This document shows positions 11,792-25,973 of a DNA stretch of 64,000 nucleotides, piece after piece. Numbering within the stretch: position 1 is the first letter of the stretch; the number at the start of each line of letters is the position of its first letter. This stretch comes from Octopus bimaculoides (Eukaryota). Made by a program: the position numbers and the translations under genes. The DNA lies in contig NC_069003.1 of NCBI RefSeq assembly GCF_001194135.2, positions 26,595,106-26,659,105 on the forward strand. Reading direction: 5' to 3'. The notes beneath the pieces were generated by a model. That model did not search any database, was not told the DNA's origin, and saw only the letters and a list, made by a program, of their open reading frames with translations.

Positions 11792-13073
11792 CTGGAAATA
11801 GAATAAAAAGAGAGAAGAAAAAAAGGTAGAATTAGTGAGAAATATTCCACAAAATGCAACAATGAGAAAGAATTCTTTTTTTTTTTTTAACTAGTAACAA
11901 AAAGTAACTACAGTCACAGACAAGGCTCTGTGGTTAAAAAGCTTACTTCCTATCCAAAGGGTCTTGGGTTCAGTCCTACTGTACAGTACCCTGGGCAGGT
12001 GACTTCTACTATAGCTCTGAGCTGATCAGAACCTTGTGAGTGAATTTAATTGATGGAAACTAAAAGAAGTCTATCATGCTTACGTGTGTGTGTGTGTGTG
12101 TGTGATTTTTTGTTTGTGTACATCCTTGTCTAGACATCACATGATGGTTGTAAATGAGCATCGACCATCATACAAGTGAGGTTGTTTGTTTCCAGTCTTG
12201 TGTGGAAAAAAACATGCCTATAGCTATATGGGAAAATAATATTACCTTGCTTGGAAAACAGGTGAGGGCTGGCAAAAGGTATATAAAAAAAAAAAAAAAA
12301 GCATCCGGCTATAGAAAATCTGCCTCAGTGTATTACAACTGATCCATGTAAGCATGGAGAACTGGATGTTTTCAATGATGAAAACCTTTTGACTCTGGGT
12401 GAAGCGAGGCGGGGGGAGCAATAGATCTAGAAACGGTACATATAATTAGAAATATCACTGCTTCTTCTGTTATAGCTACAATAGTCACCACCGAGGTTGT
12501 TGTTATTGTTTCCTGTTGTAACTAGATTAAAGTCTGACTCACCCACAGATCCAATATTCTCGATACAGCAACAACAACTGATATGACAATTAAAAGGGGC
12601 CGTGGGGGGCCACCCAACCATGAAATACGCTTCCCCTTGCTAATGATCACGACTCCAATGAACAGACGAACCGTGAATGTTGTTAAGGAAAAACAACATT
12701 AATTAACTCCTCCTTCCAATGAAATCCTAAGGGATCCAGAGAAAGTAGGGAGACCATCTATTAATTCATCCCCTTCACCTACACTTCCTGGCCTTTGTGG
12801 CAGATTACTCAATCAGGGTTTCAATCAAAGCACAGTGTTTCACACACACGAGAGGCGTGTGTATATGTGTGTGTGTGTGTTAGAGCTGTGTGTGAATGTG
12901 TTTATGTGCATACATGTATATATATATATATTCAGGACATATATATTCATTAGGTTTTATTTATATATATTAGGCATGAGTATATGCAATACAAGATTGT
13001 GCGAGTGTGTACACCAATATATATGTATGATATATATATATATATGTATGTATATGTGTGTGTGTGTATATAT

Positions 13074-13124
<51 letters not shown>

Positions 13125-13160
13125 TATNNNNNNNNNNTATATATATGTGTGTGTGTGTGC

Positions 13161-13191
<31 letters not shown>

Positions 13192-13819
13192 TACATGTGA
13201 TGATGATGATGATGATATATATATATATATATTAGAACATATATATGATGCTGAGAAGAGAACACAACACTACCAGGGAAAGAGGTGTAGATACGGTTGA
13301 TTGATAAACCAATCGTTGAACATCAATACCATTTCCCTAACTCCTCCTTCTCCTCCTCCTCCTCATCATGTCCCCTACCTGCCGCCGCCGCCACCACCAC
13401 CACCATTATTTACTATATATTTATCAACTGCCTTGTTCGTAAGCATTCTAACCACTCACATGGTCTCATGAAAAACATACATTACATTCTATCCTCCCTC
13501 TCTCTCTCAACCGTTGATAAAGAAAGATGAAAGCATTTTGCAATATTAAAACATCTCAAAATTAAGAGAACAATAAGCTTCACAAATGAAGCTGCTTCCA
13601 CAAATTATTTGTTATTCAGAGAACAACAAAAACCAATGGTAATAAATAACAGAATAAGCATAAGCATGGATGCATGGTAAGAAGTTTTCTTCCCAACCTC
13701 ATGGTTGCAGGTTCAGTCCCACTGTGTGGCACCTTGGGTAAGTATCTTCTATTACAAAGCCCTAAGCCAACCAAAGCCTTGTGGACAGATTTGGTAGATA
13801 GAAACTGAAAGAAGTCCAT

Positions 13820-13877
<58 letters not shown>

Positions 13878-13903
13878 TGAGTATTTTTGGGTCTTTGTGT
13901 GTT

Positions 13904-14104
13904 CAGGACAGTGTGACCAACCAAGAAGTGCTGGACAGGGCTTGTTCCACAAGCATTGTGGCAATGTTGCTGAAGGCTCAGTTACGATGGGCCGGCCATG
14001 TCATCAGAATGACTGACAACTGTGTACCCAGACAGTTGTTGTATGGTGAGCGCATGCGGGGCTCGCACAAACGAGGAAGACCTAAACTGAGGTACAAAGA
14101 CACA
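13904..14104 (+). mobile_element. RTE (BovB-like) LINE ORF C-terminal fragment
   Basis: VTNQEVLDRA..AQLRWAGHVIRMTD..PRQLLYGE..RGRPKLRYKD. Confidence 0.8.
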
Positions 14105-15295
14105 TTTTGTTTGATGCTCTAATGATTCTGCCAACCTACTACAACACTGCTTTTCATCCTCCTCCTCAGGTGAATCAGCTGGTCAAGCCAGCTAAGGCAG
14201 CCAGCCAGCTTGAGGTGTCTTAGTAACAGTGACCACATGACAGAGCACAGAGAGAAGCTAAAAATTTCTACTGGTCAACAAATGGGCTTATGATTCCTCA
14301 AGGCCAGGTTCAGCTGCACCTCTTCAAAAAAAAGAAAAAAAAAGTGTAAGGGGTGGGTGGGGTGCAGGGAGAGAGAACCCCCCCCCCCCCNNNNNNNNNN
14401 NNNNNNNNNNNNNNNNNNNNNNNNNNNNNNNNNNNNNNNNNNNNNNNNNNNNNNNNNNNNNNNNNNNNNNNNNNNNNNNNNNNNNNNNNNNNNNNNNNNN
14501 NNNNNNNNNNNNNNNNNNNNNNNNNNNNNNNNNNNNNNNNNNNNNNNNNNNNNNNNNNNNNNNNNNNNNNNNNNNNNNNNNNNNNNNNNNNNNNNNNNNN
14601 NNNNNNNNNNNNNNNNNNNNNNNNNNNNNNNNNNNNNNNNNNNNNNNNNNNNNNNNNNNNNNNNNNNNNNNNNNNNNNNNNNNNNNNNNNNNNNNNNNNN
14701 NNNNNNNNNNNNNNNNNNNNNNNNNNNNNNNNNNNNNNNNNNNNNNNNNNNNNNNNNNNNNNNNNNNNNNNNNNNNNNNNNNNNNNNNNNNNNNNNNNNN
14801 NNNNNNNNNNNNNNNNNNNNNNNNNNNNNNNNNNNNNNNNNNNNNNNNNNNNNNNNNNNNNNNNNNNNNNNNNNNNNNNNNNNNNNNNNNNNNNNNNNNN
14901 NNNNNNNNNNNNNNNNNNNNNNNNNNNNNNNNNNNNNNNNNNNNNNNNNNNNNNNNNNNNNNNNNNNNNNNNNNNNNNNNNNNNNNNNNNNNNNNNNNNN
15001 NNNNNNNNNNNNNNNNNNNNNNNNNNNNNNNNNNNNNNNNNNNNNNNNNNNNNNNNNNNNNNNNNNNNNNNNNNNNNNNNNNNNNNNNNNNNNNNNNNNN
15101 NNNNNNNNNNNNNNNNNNNNNNNNNNNNNNNNNNNNNNNNNNNNNNNNNAGCTAGAGGGAGGGAGTCTGTCCCGGGCAGCACCACTTTTGGGTCTGCTGG
15201 AAGCAATATGTATTTTTGCGGGGCCTCGGGGATGGTGGCAAAATGAAGGGCTGCCCTCGGGTGGCACACATTCTAGCTACTCTAATGCCTTTGTT

Positions 15296-15960
15296 ACTCT
15301 TTACTCTTTTACTCTTTTACTTGTTTCAGTCATTTGACTGCGGCCATGCTGGAGCACCGCCTTTAGTCGAGCAAATCGACCACAGGACTTATTCTTTGGA
15401 AGCCTAATACTTATTCTATCGGTCTCTTTTTGCCGAACCGTTAAGTTACGGGAACGTAAACACACCAGCATCGGTTGTCAAGCGATGGTGGGGGAATAAA
15501 CACAGACACACAAACACACATACATATATATATATATATTCTCTTCACAATCATCTTTCTGTATAAGTTATTGGTTTTGTTGCTTTTTGGGGTAACTTTA
15601 TATTTATATGGGCATATATATATATATATCTCCTGTGCAGGTGGCACGTAAAATACACCACTTTGAGCGTGGCCGTTGCCAGTACCGCCTGACTGGCCTT
15701 CGTGCGGGTGACACGTAAAAGCACCCACTACACTCTCTGAGTAGTTGGCGTTAGGAAGGGCATCCAGCTGTAGAAACTCTGCCAAATCAGATTGGAGCCT
15801 GGTGTTGCCATCCGGTTTCACCAGTCCTCAGTCAAATCGTCCAACCCATGCTAGCATGGAAAGCGGACGTTAAACGACGCCGACGACGATACGATGGGCT
15901 TCTTTCAGTTTCCGTCTACCAAATCCACTCACAAGGCTTTGGTCGGCCCGAGACTATAGT
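15296..15960 (-). mobile_element. SINE A split by a family E insertion
   Basis: 3' half at 15296-15520 and 5' part at 15890-15960. Confidence 0.7.
15632..15890 (+). mobile_element. Repeat family E sharing the RTE LINE 3' tail
   Basis: Ends ..CCAACCCATGCTAGCATGGAAAGCGGACGTTAAACG, like the RTE 3' UTRs at 27988 and 55866; fragments at 12130-12380, 17360-17420, 40270-40460 and 42220-42410. Confidence 0.6.
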
Positions 15961-16134
15961 AACTTTTTTCTGTCGAGGGCTTATATGCCCCATTATTAGA
16001 CTAGTCTCCTTAGTCGTTTACATGGTGATCTCTATAAGCTTCAAGCTTATAAATATATATAATATATATAACTATCACACACAATTTCATTCTGCCACTT
16101 GACATGTTGAATTTATACAGCTGACAACTTAAAC

Positions 16135-16200
16135 CAGGGGTCGGTGAACTGGAGTAAGTTACCTCAAGTGGGGTAAAAATAAAATTCTTGGGGGTAATGA
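16135..16200 (+). mobile_element. Possible hAT left end
   Basis: Starts CAGGGGTCGGTGAACT; the matching right TIR was not found. Confidence 0.3.
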
Positions 16201-17107
16201 GGACTCATTGGACATAGGTAAAATTATATAAAAAAATGTGTCCCTTGTTATGACAAATTTTTCTGCTGGCAGCACTACATCTGTCCAATGTAATGGATGT
16301 GTAAATAGATTCATATAAATGTACTCAATAAACCTTTAGAATTCAAAGAATCTATGATTTTCTTCCTTTCAAATCAAGGAGGTAACCCCTCAGTGTAGAT
16401 AAATAGATTTTGCAGTAAATGGTGGACACAATCATAACTTTTTTTCCCATATGACGCTAACACACAAATTTAGTGGAGAATAAAATTTTATGCCGTCACA
16501 CTTAGCTATTCAACCACAAGGTCACAGGTTAAATTGATTTGGTTTGGTCTGTCTCATATTCACTAAAATGTGTCAGCCTTAATTTTTAGTGTAAAAAATA
16601 CTGTCATATGATGTTTAAGAATGGACGTGATACTATGTATGAATTCACTGGCAAAAATTTCCGAAACTAATCAAGCGATCATCCTCAGGCAATCAGATCG
16701 TATTGCAAAACTGATATAGCAATGCCTCTATACATGAGTTAATTTGTACCCGGAAACTGCTCGTAAAGCAGAGCAAATAATTTCCCATATAAGCAATGTC
16801 ATAAATTGCAATTCATTCTCAGAGAAATATTTTACCTATAAAATTTATAACACTTGTAAGTAAATGGCAATAAAACAACCGTAGAATGTAAAGAATATTT
16901 TATGTAAAGTAATAAGAATGTCAAGATCATTTATAATTAAAAAAATATTATTATTGTTATTATTATTATTATCGTTTTCTGAATCACTTTCACTTGCATT
17001 ATTGACTTGTGCACACCATCACCTGTGGATGTGATTGCTGGTTCACAAGTACTCATAGAAGGACTTGTAGTCTAGAGTTGTTTGCTTAGAAGAACCATTT
17101 TTTTTTA

Positions 17108-17773
17108 CTCTCTCTTTTACTCTTTTACTTGTTTCAATCATTTGACTGCAGCCATGCTGGAGCACCGCCTTTAGTCGAGCAAATCAACCCCAGGACTTAT
17201 TCTTAGGAAGCCTACCACTTATTCTATCGGTCTCTTTTGCCGAATCGTTAAGTTACGGGGACATAAACACACCAGCATCGGTTGTCAAGCGATGTTGAGG
17301 GGACAAGCACAGACACAAACACACACGTTATATATATATATATATATACATATATATGTCAAATCGTCCAACCCATGCTAGCATGGAAAGCGGACGTTAA
17401 ACGATGATGATGATGATATAATACAAAATGGGACAAGAACACAAAACATCCAGACAGTTAGGTGATACAAGAAAGGGATAACAAAACATCCAGATAGATG
17501 ATACAAAGAAAACAAGGACAGGTTATTCAGAGTTTTCTTTCCTCAGTCGAGATCCAGATTATCTTTGCAATTTCAGCTGGTTATTCTTGATATTGCTCCA
17601 TATATATATGGACTGACTTCTTTCAGTTTCTGTCTACCAAATCCACTCACAAGGCTTTGGTCGGCTTGAGGCTATAGTAGAAGACACTTGCCCAAGGTGC
17701 CGCGCAGTGGGACTGAACCCAGGACAATGTGGTTGGGAAGTAAACTTCTTACTGCACAGCGATGCCTGTGCCT
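17108..17773 (-). mobile_element. SINE A split by insertions in its central microsatellite
   Basis: 3' half at 17108-17330 and 5' half at 17610-17773. Confidence 0.7.
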
Positions 17774-18080
17774 CAACTTTTGAAAATCAGAGAAATCTAA
17801 GAAACTGATTAAGTCTTTAAAAATTTTTAAATAGAAAAATCTCAACAAATTCCCAGTGCCTTTTCAACTTCTTTTTTTTCTTCTAATATTTTTACCCCCA
17901 TGTGGAATAAAATAATTTCGTTTTCTACTCACACACACATCAGAAATGTATATAAAGAAAAACTGATGCCGCCCACGACAAAAAGACAATCTAGTATAAA
18001 ATTACCCCTGGATCATGTTACATCTTAAATATTGAGGTGAGCCAAATCATCATCATCATCATCATTGTCATTATTATTAT

Positions 18081-18112
<32 letters not shown>

Positions 18113-18230
18113 CTACTACTACTACTACCTACAGGCAACATGGGCCTATTTCACAGGCTGTATTGAATGTGCTCTGACGTGTTGGTGTGGATATGAGAAA
18201 ACCTGTAAATAGGGTCAGTCACTTGTATAA

Positions 18231-18267
<37 letters not shown>

Positions 18268-18571
18268 ATGCGTGTGTGTGTAACTGTAGATGTCTATGCC
18301 GTTGTATCATTTTAAAACTTCTTTTTGTTTCAATTACTGGACTGGGGTCATGCTGGGGCACTACCTTAAAGGGTNNNNNNNNNNCCAGCATCGCTTGACA
18401 ACCGATGCTGGTGTGTTTATGTTCCCGTAACTTAGCAGTTCGGCATAAGAGACTAATAGAATAAGTACTAGGCTTACAAAGAATAAACTCTGGGGTCAAT
18501 TTGCTCAACTATAAAGGCGGTGCTCCAGCATGGCCACAGTCAAATGACTGAAACAAGTAAAAGAGTAAAGA

Positions 18572-18640
<69 letters not shown>

Positions 18641-18657
18641 TGTATGGTGTGTGTGTA

Positions 18658-18985
18658 TGGTGAAGGCGTGTAGTTTAGTGGTCAGGGTATTCATTTCATG
18701 ATTGTATGGTCATGAGTTTGATTTCTGGTGCCGTGTTGTGTCCTTGAGCAAGACACTTTACTTCACATTGCTCTGGTCTGCTCAGCTGGCAAAAATGAGT
18801 TGTATCAGTATCTCAAAGGGCCAAACTTGTCACCTTCTGTGCCGTGCTGAATCTCCCTAAGAATTATGTTAAGGGTACATGTGTCTGTGGAGTACTCAGC
18901 CACATGCATGTTAATTTCAGGAGTAGGCTGTTCTGTTGATTAAGATCAACTGGAATTCTAATTGCTGTAACTGATGGAGTACCAG
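18658..18985 (+). mobile_element. SINE C, full length
   Basis: TAGTTTAGTGG / GAGTTTGATTTC boxes followed by CCTTGAGCAAGACACTTTA. Confidence 0.7.
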
Positions 18986-19708
18986 TTTTGTTATGAAGTG
19001 CATATCTGTGTTTGTCACTCACTACCGCTTGACAACTGGTGTTGGTTTGTTTTCATCCCCTGTAACTTAGTAGTTCAGCTAAAGAGACTGACAGAATCAC
19101 TACCAGACTTAACATGTACTGGGGTCGATCTGTTCTACTAAAACCTTCAAAGCAGTGCCCCAGCATGACCACATTCTAATAACTGAAATAAGTAAAAGAT
19201 ACAAGACAGAAATAGGTAATTCAAGAAGGGTTGAGAGTCTTGCCTAAGGACTTCATTATGTTGATCACTGATGGCTGATTCATCGACAGTGGCAAAACCA
19301 TCCAACCCCTGTGTTTATTCAAGCATGAAGTGAGATGTGAAAGAGGATTTTAGGGGTTCCCACAACATAATACAATGAGATCACTGATAGTTATTTGGTG
19401 ACAGGGCAAGAGGCCAGCTGTCAGATGAGTATAAATGTATGTACATACACACATGAACACAAGAATGAACGGAGAGAGTGGGGGAGCAAGGGGGCAGAGA
19501 TGTAGGAGAAGCTGGATTTGGATGGCTTGAGCATACAACAGGTAGAATATCTGGGCTGGATATGGCCAGTTTAAATAGTAAAAGGTTACTCATAGCTGAT
19601 GGTTAGTCAGATGACAGCAGGAGCAAGGGGCACTATCTTTTCCCTTCTACTGAAGCAATAAAACCAAAAAAGTCCCCCACTCCAACCTACCACCATCACC
19701 TAAAAAGA

Positions 19709-20025
19709 GGCGCAAGTGTGGTTGTGTGGTAAGAAGTTTGCTTCCCAACCACACGGTTCTGGGTTCAGTCCCACTGTGTGGCACCTTGGGCAAGTGTCTT
19801 CTACTATAGCCTCGGGCTGATCAAAGCCCTGCAAGTAGATTTGGTAGATGGAAACTGAAAGAAGCCCATCATATACATACATATATGTATGTATGTATGT
19901 ATGTATGTATCTGTTTGTGCATTTGTGTTTGATTAACGGTGGTGCTCCAGCATGGCCACAGTCAAATGACTGAAACAAGTAAAAGAATAAAAGAATATGT
20001 GTGTATGTGTATATGTATATATGTA

Positions 20026-20080
<55 letters not shown>

Positions 20081-20325
20081 NNNNNNNNNNNNNNTATGTA
20101 TGTATGTATGTATGTATTCATGTATGTGTGTTTGTCTCATCATCACTTGACACACCCATAACTTAGTGGTTCGGCAAAAGAAGACGGACAGAATAAGTAC
20201 TAGGCTTACAAAGAATAAATCCTGGGGCTAATTTATTTGACTAAAAAAAAAAAAAAAAAAAATCCTTTAATGTGGTGCTCCAGCACAGCCACAGTCAAAT
20301 GACTGAAACAATTAAAAGAATAAAC
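19709..20325 (+). mobile_element. SINE A (internally deleted) plus a second 3' half
   Basis: Family A head and two tails. Confidence 0.65.
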
Positions 20326-20617
20326 AAAAAAAAACAAAACAAAACAACAACAACAACCCTTTTCCAAAATAACCACGAGTCTGAGAATCTCACCTACACA
20401 CCATTATCTCGTTATCCATTATCTCGTTAACTACTACAAAATCCCCGGACAAAAGTCATGGGTCTCCTGATGAGAGACGGGATTCCTTATCAAGCAGCAC
20501 CAGGACGTACTCGTACTCCGTACTCGTGACACAAAGCGATGAAGAGTTTTGTGTAGTAACATGGTCGTTGCTTATCTCGAACGAAGTGGGTTGAATGGAA
20601 AGAGTGGGAAGAGGTGG

Positions 20618-20663
<46 letters not shown>

Positions 20664-21330
20664 GAAATGGTGAAAATGTAGGAAGAGATGGACTTGATGC
20701 TGATATCAGTGAAGAGATACAGCAAATACAAGAGAGGCACATGGAATAATCAGGTAGCAGATATAAGGTGAGGAATATATCTACTGCGGTGCTGAAATGT
20801 TGTCCCACCCATTGTGTGGGTGGAAGCATGGCAGAAAGTGAATGTTGGTAAAGCATTGGAGCTGGAACAATGGTACTGTTAGAATGGATCTGATTGTAGA
20901 CATGCTTAACAATGTGTAGGTGGGAGAAAGGGTGACGGGGGGAGAGAGAGAGAAAGAGAAAGTGAGAGATGGCGAGAGAGAGAGACGGAGAGAGAGAGAG
21001 AGAGAGAGATAGAAGGAGAAAGTGAGAGATGGTGAGAGAGAGAGGGAGTGAGACAGATACAGTGAGAGGTGAAGAGAGAGAGAAACAGGCAGACAGACTT
21101 GGCTCGTCTCCATTTCGGTTCCACTGCTTCAGCAGACAGACGGACGGTCAGACAGACATACAGACAGACTTTTCAGAAGGAAATAAATAAACACCAAATT
21201 GGAGAAGTTTGTACAGAATCTGTCTGAAATATAACAGAGCACAGGATTGGGAAGCAAGCTTCTCAACCACATGGTTCCACCTGTGCCTATGAAAGGACAT
21301 TTTTGCCACATGTTTGGCAAAATGCTAAGA

Positions 21331-21728
21331 GGTGTGGCCATGTGGTAAGAAGCTTGCTTCCCAACCACATTGTTCTGGGTTCAGTCCCACAGCGTGGCAC
21401 CTTGGGCAAGTGTCTTCTACTATAGCTGAACAAAGCCTTGTGAGTGGATTTGGCAGATGGAAACTGAAAGAAGCCCGTCATATATATGTATGTGTGTGTG
21501 TGTGTGTATTTATGTATGTGTCTTTGTGTCTGTATTTGATCCCCACCATCACTTGACAACCGGTGTTAGCCTGTTTATGTCCCCATAACTTAGCAGTTCA
21601 GCAAACAAGACTGCTAGGAATAAGTACTAGGCTTAAATAAGTCCTGGGGTCGATTTGTTCAACTAAAACCTACCAAGGTGGTGCTCCAGCATGGCTGCTG
21701 TCAAATGACTGACACAAGAGAATAAAAG
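21331..21728 (+). mobile_element. SINE A, full length
   Basis: Head to tail match. Confidence 0.75.
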
Positions 21729-21857
21729 AAAACAGTTGCTGTTATTGTTTAGGAACAAACCAGGCCCCAACCGAGCAACATTCTGTCTGACAATTTAAGC
21801 CTTTAGCATTCACATTATCCTGCAAAATATAATGCTTATATATTATCAATATTCATT

Positions 21858-22835
21858 CCAAATTTTGGCACAAGGCCAGCATTTTTGAGGGGAAGAGGCT
21901 ACATCAATTAAATTAACCTCAGTATGCAACTGGTACTTAATTTATCGAACCCCGAAAGGATGAAATGCAAAGTCGACCTCAGCGGAATTTGAACTCAGAA
22001 CGTAAAGACGGACGACATGCCACTAAGCATTTTACCCAGGGTGCAAACCATTCTTATTTCTTTATTGCCCACAAGGGGCTAAACATAGAGGGGACAAACA
22101 AAGACAGACGAAGGGATTAAGTCAATTACATCGACCCCCAGTGCGTAACTGGTACTTAATTTATCGACTTCGAAAGGATGAATGGCAAAGTCGACCTTGG
22201 CGGAATTTGAACTCAGAACGTAACGGCAGACAAAATACTGCTAAGCATTTCGCCCGGCGTGCTAATGTCTCTGCCAGCTCGCCACCTTAAAGACTGGGAA
22301 TATTAGTTTCAAATTTTGGCACAAAGCCAGCAGTTTTGAGGAGAAGAGGCTACGCCGATTAAACTGACCCCAGTGCACAACTGGTACTTATTTTATTGAC
22401 TGTGAAAGAACGAAAGGCAAAGTCAACCTCGGTGAAATTTGGATTCAGAACATAAAAGACGGATGAAACACCACCAAGCATTTTGCTAACGATTCTACCA
22501 GCTCACCACCATGAAGACTAGGAATATCGACACAACATATCACTAATGGAGTGGTTAGATTTCAATAATGTATAATCATATATCTAAGTCACAATCAATC
22601 AGATGCTGTCACTGTATTTATGCACATCACAGACAGCCATACACCGATAAATGCGAGGAGAAGAGGCTACGTCAATTAAATTGACCCCAGTGCACAACTG
22701 GTACTTATTTTATTGACTGTGAAAGAACGAAAGGCAAAGTCAACCTCGGTGAAATTTGGATTCAGAACATAAAAGACGGATGAAACACCACCAAGCATTT
22801 TGCCCAGCACGCTAACGATTCTACCAGCTCACCAC
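21858..22835 (-). mobile_element. Cluster of four co-oriented SINE B copies
   Basis: ~21858-22050, 22052-22288, 22308-22510 and 22655-22835; the last two come from a tandem duplication. Confidence 0.75.
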
Positions 22836-23033
22836 CATGAAGACTAGGAATATCGACATAACATATCACTAATGGAGTGGTTAGATTTCAATAATGTATA
22901 ATCATATATCTAAGTCACATATACCAGCCATTATATGATATCTCAAGTGGCTAATGGTGTTATCTGATTGCAATCAATCAGACGCTGTCACTGTATTTAC
23001 GCACATCACAGACAGCCATACACCGATAAATGC
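22338..23033 (+). repeat. Direct tandem duplication (317 and 379 bp units)
   Basis: SINE B part plus unique flank, repeated; copy 1 has two deletions. Confidence 0.9.
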
Positions 23034-24074
23034 ATATAACCCAACAACAACAATAATAATTTACAAAAGGTAAAAATGAATCAGACTACAGCTTTTCGTC
23101 TGAATCACTCCACTGTTACAACAATCAGCACAATCTTTGACCTCCAACAGCATTGTCAGTAACTACAAACTCCTCTATCACCGCTTACTTTTTCTACTGT
23201 TACATAGCTTAGTCATGACACCGAACAATGAGCATCACAGAGCTGCTGAAGATTTAGTCATGGCATCAGGCTAAAACAATAGTCCTTCCAGAACAACCGA
23301 ACACAACAACAACAACAACAACAGAATTCCCCGCCCACTCAATCATTTCAAACGCTTGAATTATTGAGTAGAGTGAGTGAGTGAATGGCGGTGGGGGGAG
23401 TCTTTTGAAATGCAGAATGTTTTAACAGATTAACCAAGTTTAAATAAATGTTTCTTTTTAATAATCCTTTCAATTTTTTTTTTTTTTTCTGTGGAATTTT
23501 GTTTAAAACCAAACACCAAATTAACTCTGTCAATGTCGGAAGCAGTGAATAGAGAGAACAGCAAGATAAACCAAACATTTAATTACCTCTGGCAATCTTG
23601 CAGGTAGAGAGGTGTGTNNNNNNNNNNNNNNNNNNNNNNNNNNNNNNNNNNNNNNNNNNNNNNNNNNNNNNNNNNNNNNNNNNNNNNNNNNNNNNNNNNN
23701 NNNNNNNNNNTGTGTGTGTGTGTGTGTTGTTATGAAGAGGGGGGTACACAGAAGCTGTTTGCAGAAATAGTAAAATGCTGAGTTTGTCCCATTCACTACA
23801 TTCCAAGTTCAAATCCAGCCAGAGTTGATTTGCATCACTTCCGGTGGGCTTGATAAAATAAATACCGGGATAATCTATATAAGGTGGGGCAGGTGCAATG
23901 CGTAACTGGTACTTTATTTATCGACCCTGAAAGGATGAAAGGCAAAGTCGACCTCAGCGGAATTTGAACTCAGAACGTAACAGCAGACGAAATACAGCCA
24001 GCTCGCCACCTTATGTCAAATGTAATATATATTTCTTTGCATTGTTTTGAATTAAACATTTAACATCTTATAGC

Positions 24075-24385
24075 TTAGTGATTAGAGTATTTGGCTCATG
24101 ATTGTAAGGTTGTGAGTTCAATTCCCAGTGGTTTGTTGCGTCCCTGGGCAAGACACTTATTTTCCACGTTGCTTCAGTCCACTCAACTGGAAAAAATCAG
24201 TAGCACCTGTATTTCAAAGGGCCGCCCTTGTCATATTCTGCATCATGCTGGATCTCCTTGAGAACTATGTTAAAGGTACACGTGTCTATGGAGTACTCAG
24301 CTACTTGCACGTTAATTTCACAAGCAGGTTGTTCCACTGGCTGCGTCAACTGGAACCTTTGTAGCCGCAACCGACAGAGTGCCAG
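24075..24385 (+). mobile_element. SINE C
   Basis: Family match. Confidence 0.7.
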
Positions 24386-25444
24386 GGTTTTGTTGCTTAA
24401 AGATTTTGATGATATGATTGTTTATTTTCAGCATGACATTATAGGGTATGTGTGAGAGGTCGGATCTAGCTGGTCTGAGCATAAAACTGATAGAGTATTT
24501 GGGTTGGATACAGCCAGTTTAAATGTTAAAGGGGTTAAAAAAAAAAGGAGAAAATCATTAGAGCATACAGACAGTATTTCTTTAGAAATATAGTCAAAAA
24601 ATGTTTAAGTGTGAAGCTGCAATACCATCCCTTAGTGTTGGTCTTGTACTTGTGGTAACATTCGCCGGGGGTGGGTTGAACCAGCTCCCATCAATGAGTT
24701 CACCACAACCAACAGTAGCTTGAAAATTTTTACAAATACCCTACTGGGAGAGGAAGCGTGTTGGATAGTATAGATGCTATAACTGTAGTCATCATTTATC
24801 GTGGAGGTGCGGAGTTCATGTTCGGAGTCGGAGTTTCGGCTAGTGTTGGTCTTCATTCAGCTCTGTTAGTGGGTCAAGAACTATATCTTCACTCCAAAGA
24901 ATAATCATGTAGTTTATATTAATAATCCATGACGTTCTGCTGTCAAATAGAATGGTTTCTGGCACATGGCCATAAACTATGAAAGAGCTCTAATAAAGCA
25001 GACATGGAAAAAAAAATCTATTCAGACTATTTTTAATGACGAAGTCAGGACAGGAACAAAAGAGGTTGAGACCAGAAACCAACAGCACTTCAGTTTTTTT
25101 TTTTTTCCTATTTGAGTTTACCTTCTCCTAGAAAGAAGTTCTAAAGAGAGCTAGGGGTCCTTCACTCCCAATTGTCTATACACTAGTTAACCCTATAGAT
25201 ATTAATTTTACTTGCGTCTCTATCTTAGTAGAAACCGATGGATAAAGAAATCAAACTACATAAACAAACGGCAGCAAAACTGTTGAGAAATTAAATAACA
25301 CTAAACATATTCAACAACAATAATAAATTTAATTTATCCCCGACAATTTTTAGTTTTACCAATTTTGAGAATATCGTTCCTGTTTAAAATTTCTTACCTA
25401 CTTGACAATTGCATTTCTAGTTCTGCCTTGAAGGCAGCTTTACT

Positions 25445-25610
25445 TCTTGGATTCACATTTTTGTGCACAACGATGTTGGTAAACCTCCGTTAACAGCGCC
25501 GTATACAGGTCCTTTCCATTTTCTTTCACGCATGGATAAATTTTTCACTATAGACCTTAATGGTCGTAAAGACACTATATCAGTGGAGAGACTAAAAAAG
25601 GCCTTCATAG
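25445..25610 (+). mobile_element. Ty3/Gypsy integrase C-terminal (GPY/F) fragment
   Basis: HIFVHND..KPPLTAPYTGPFHFLSRMDKFFTIDLNGRKDTISVERLKKAF. Confidence 0.75.
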
Positions 25611-25942
25611 AGAAAACTGTCCTTGTTCCCACTGCAGACGACACACACACACAGCATTACAAACACAGCCCACACACCCACCTTCACATTCCATGACCAC
25701 CATTGGGATCAATCAGGTACCAGACAAGGATTCCGGATTATTTTTCCTGATTTTTTTACTTAATTTTTGAGAGCGGTCGGGTTCATTTTTAGTATTCTTG
25801 TTTGTGAGAGCAGTCGAGTTTATTTCAGATATTCTCATTTTAAAAATCATCTCCGGCTAATCGTTGAGAGAACACTAGTGTTGCCTTGGTGGAGGTTTGC
25901 ATTCTCTCAGTGCTCTTATCATTATTATTATTATCATATTAC

Positions 25943-25973
<31 letters not shown>

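Noticed and set aside
12543-12577. 35-nt minus-strand exon candidate with a GTGAGT donor
   Set aside because: Weak pyrimidine tract, frameshifting length and no other support.
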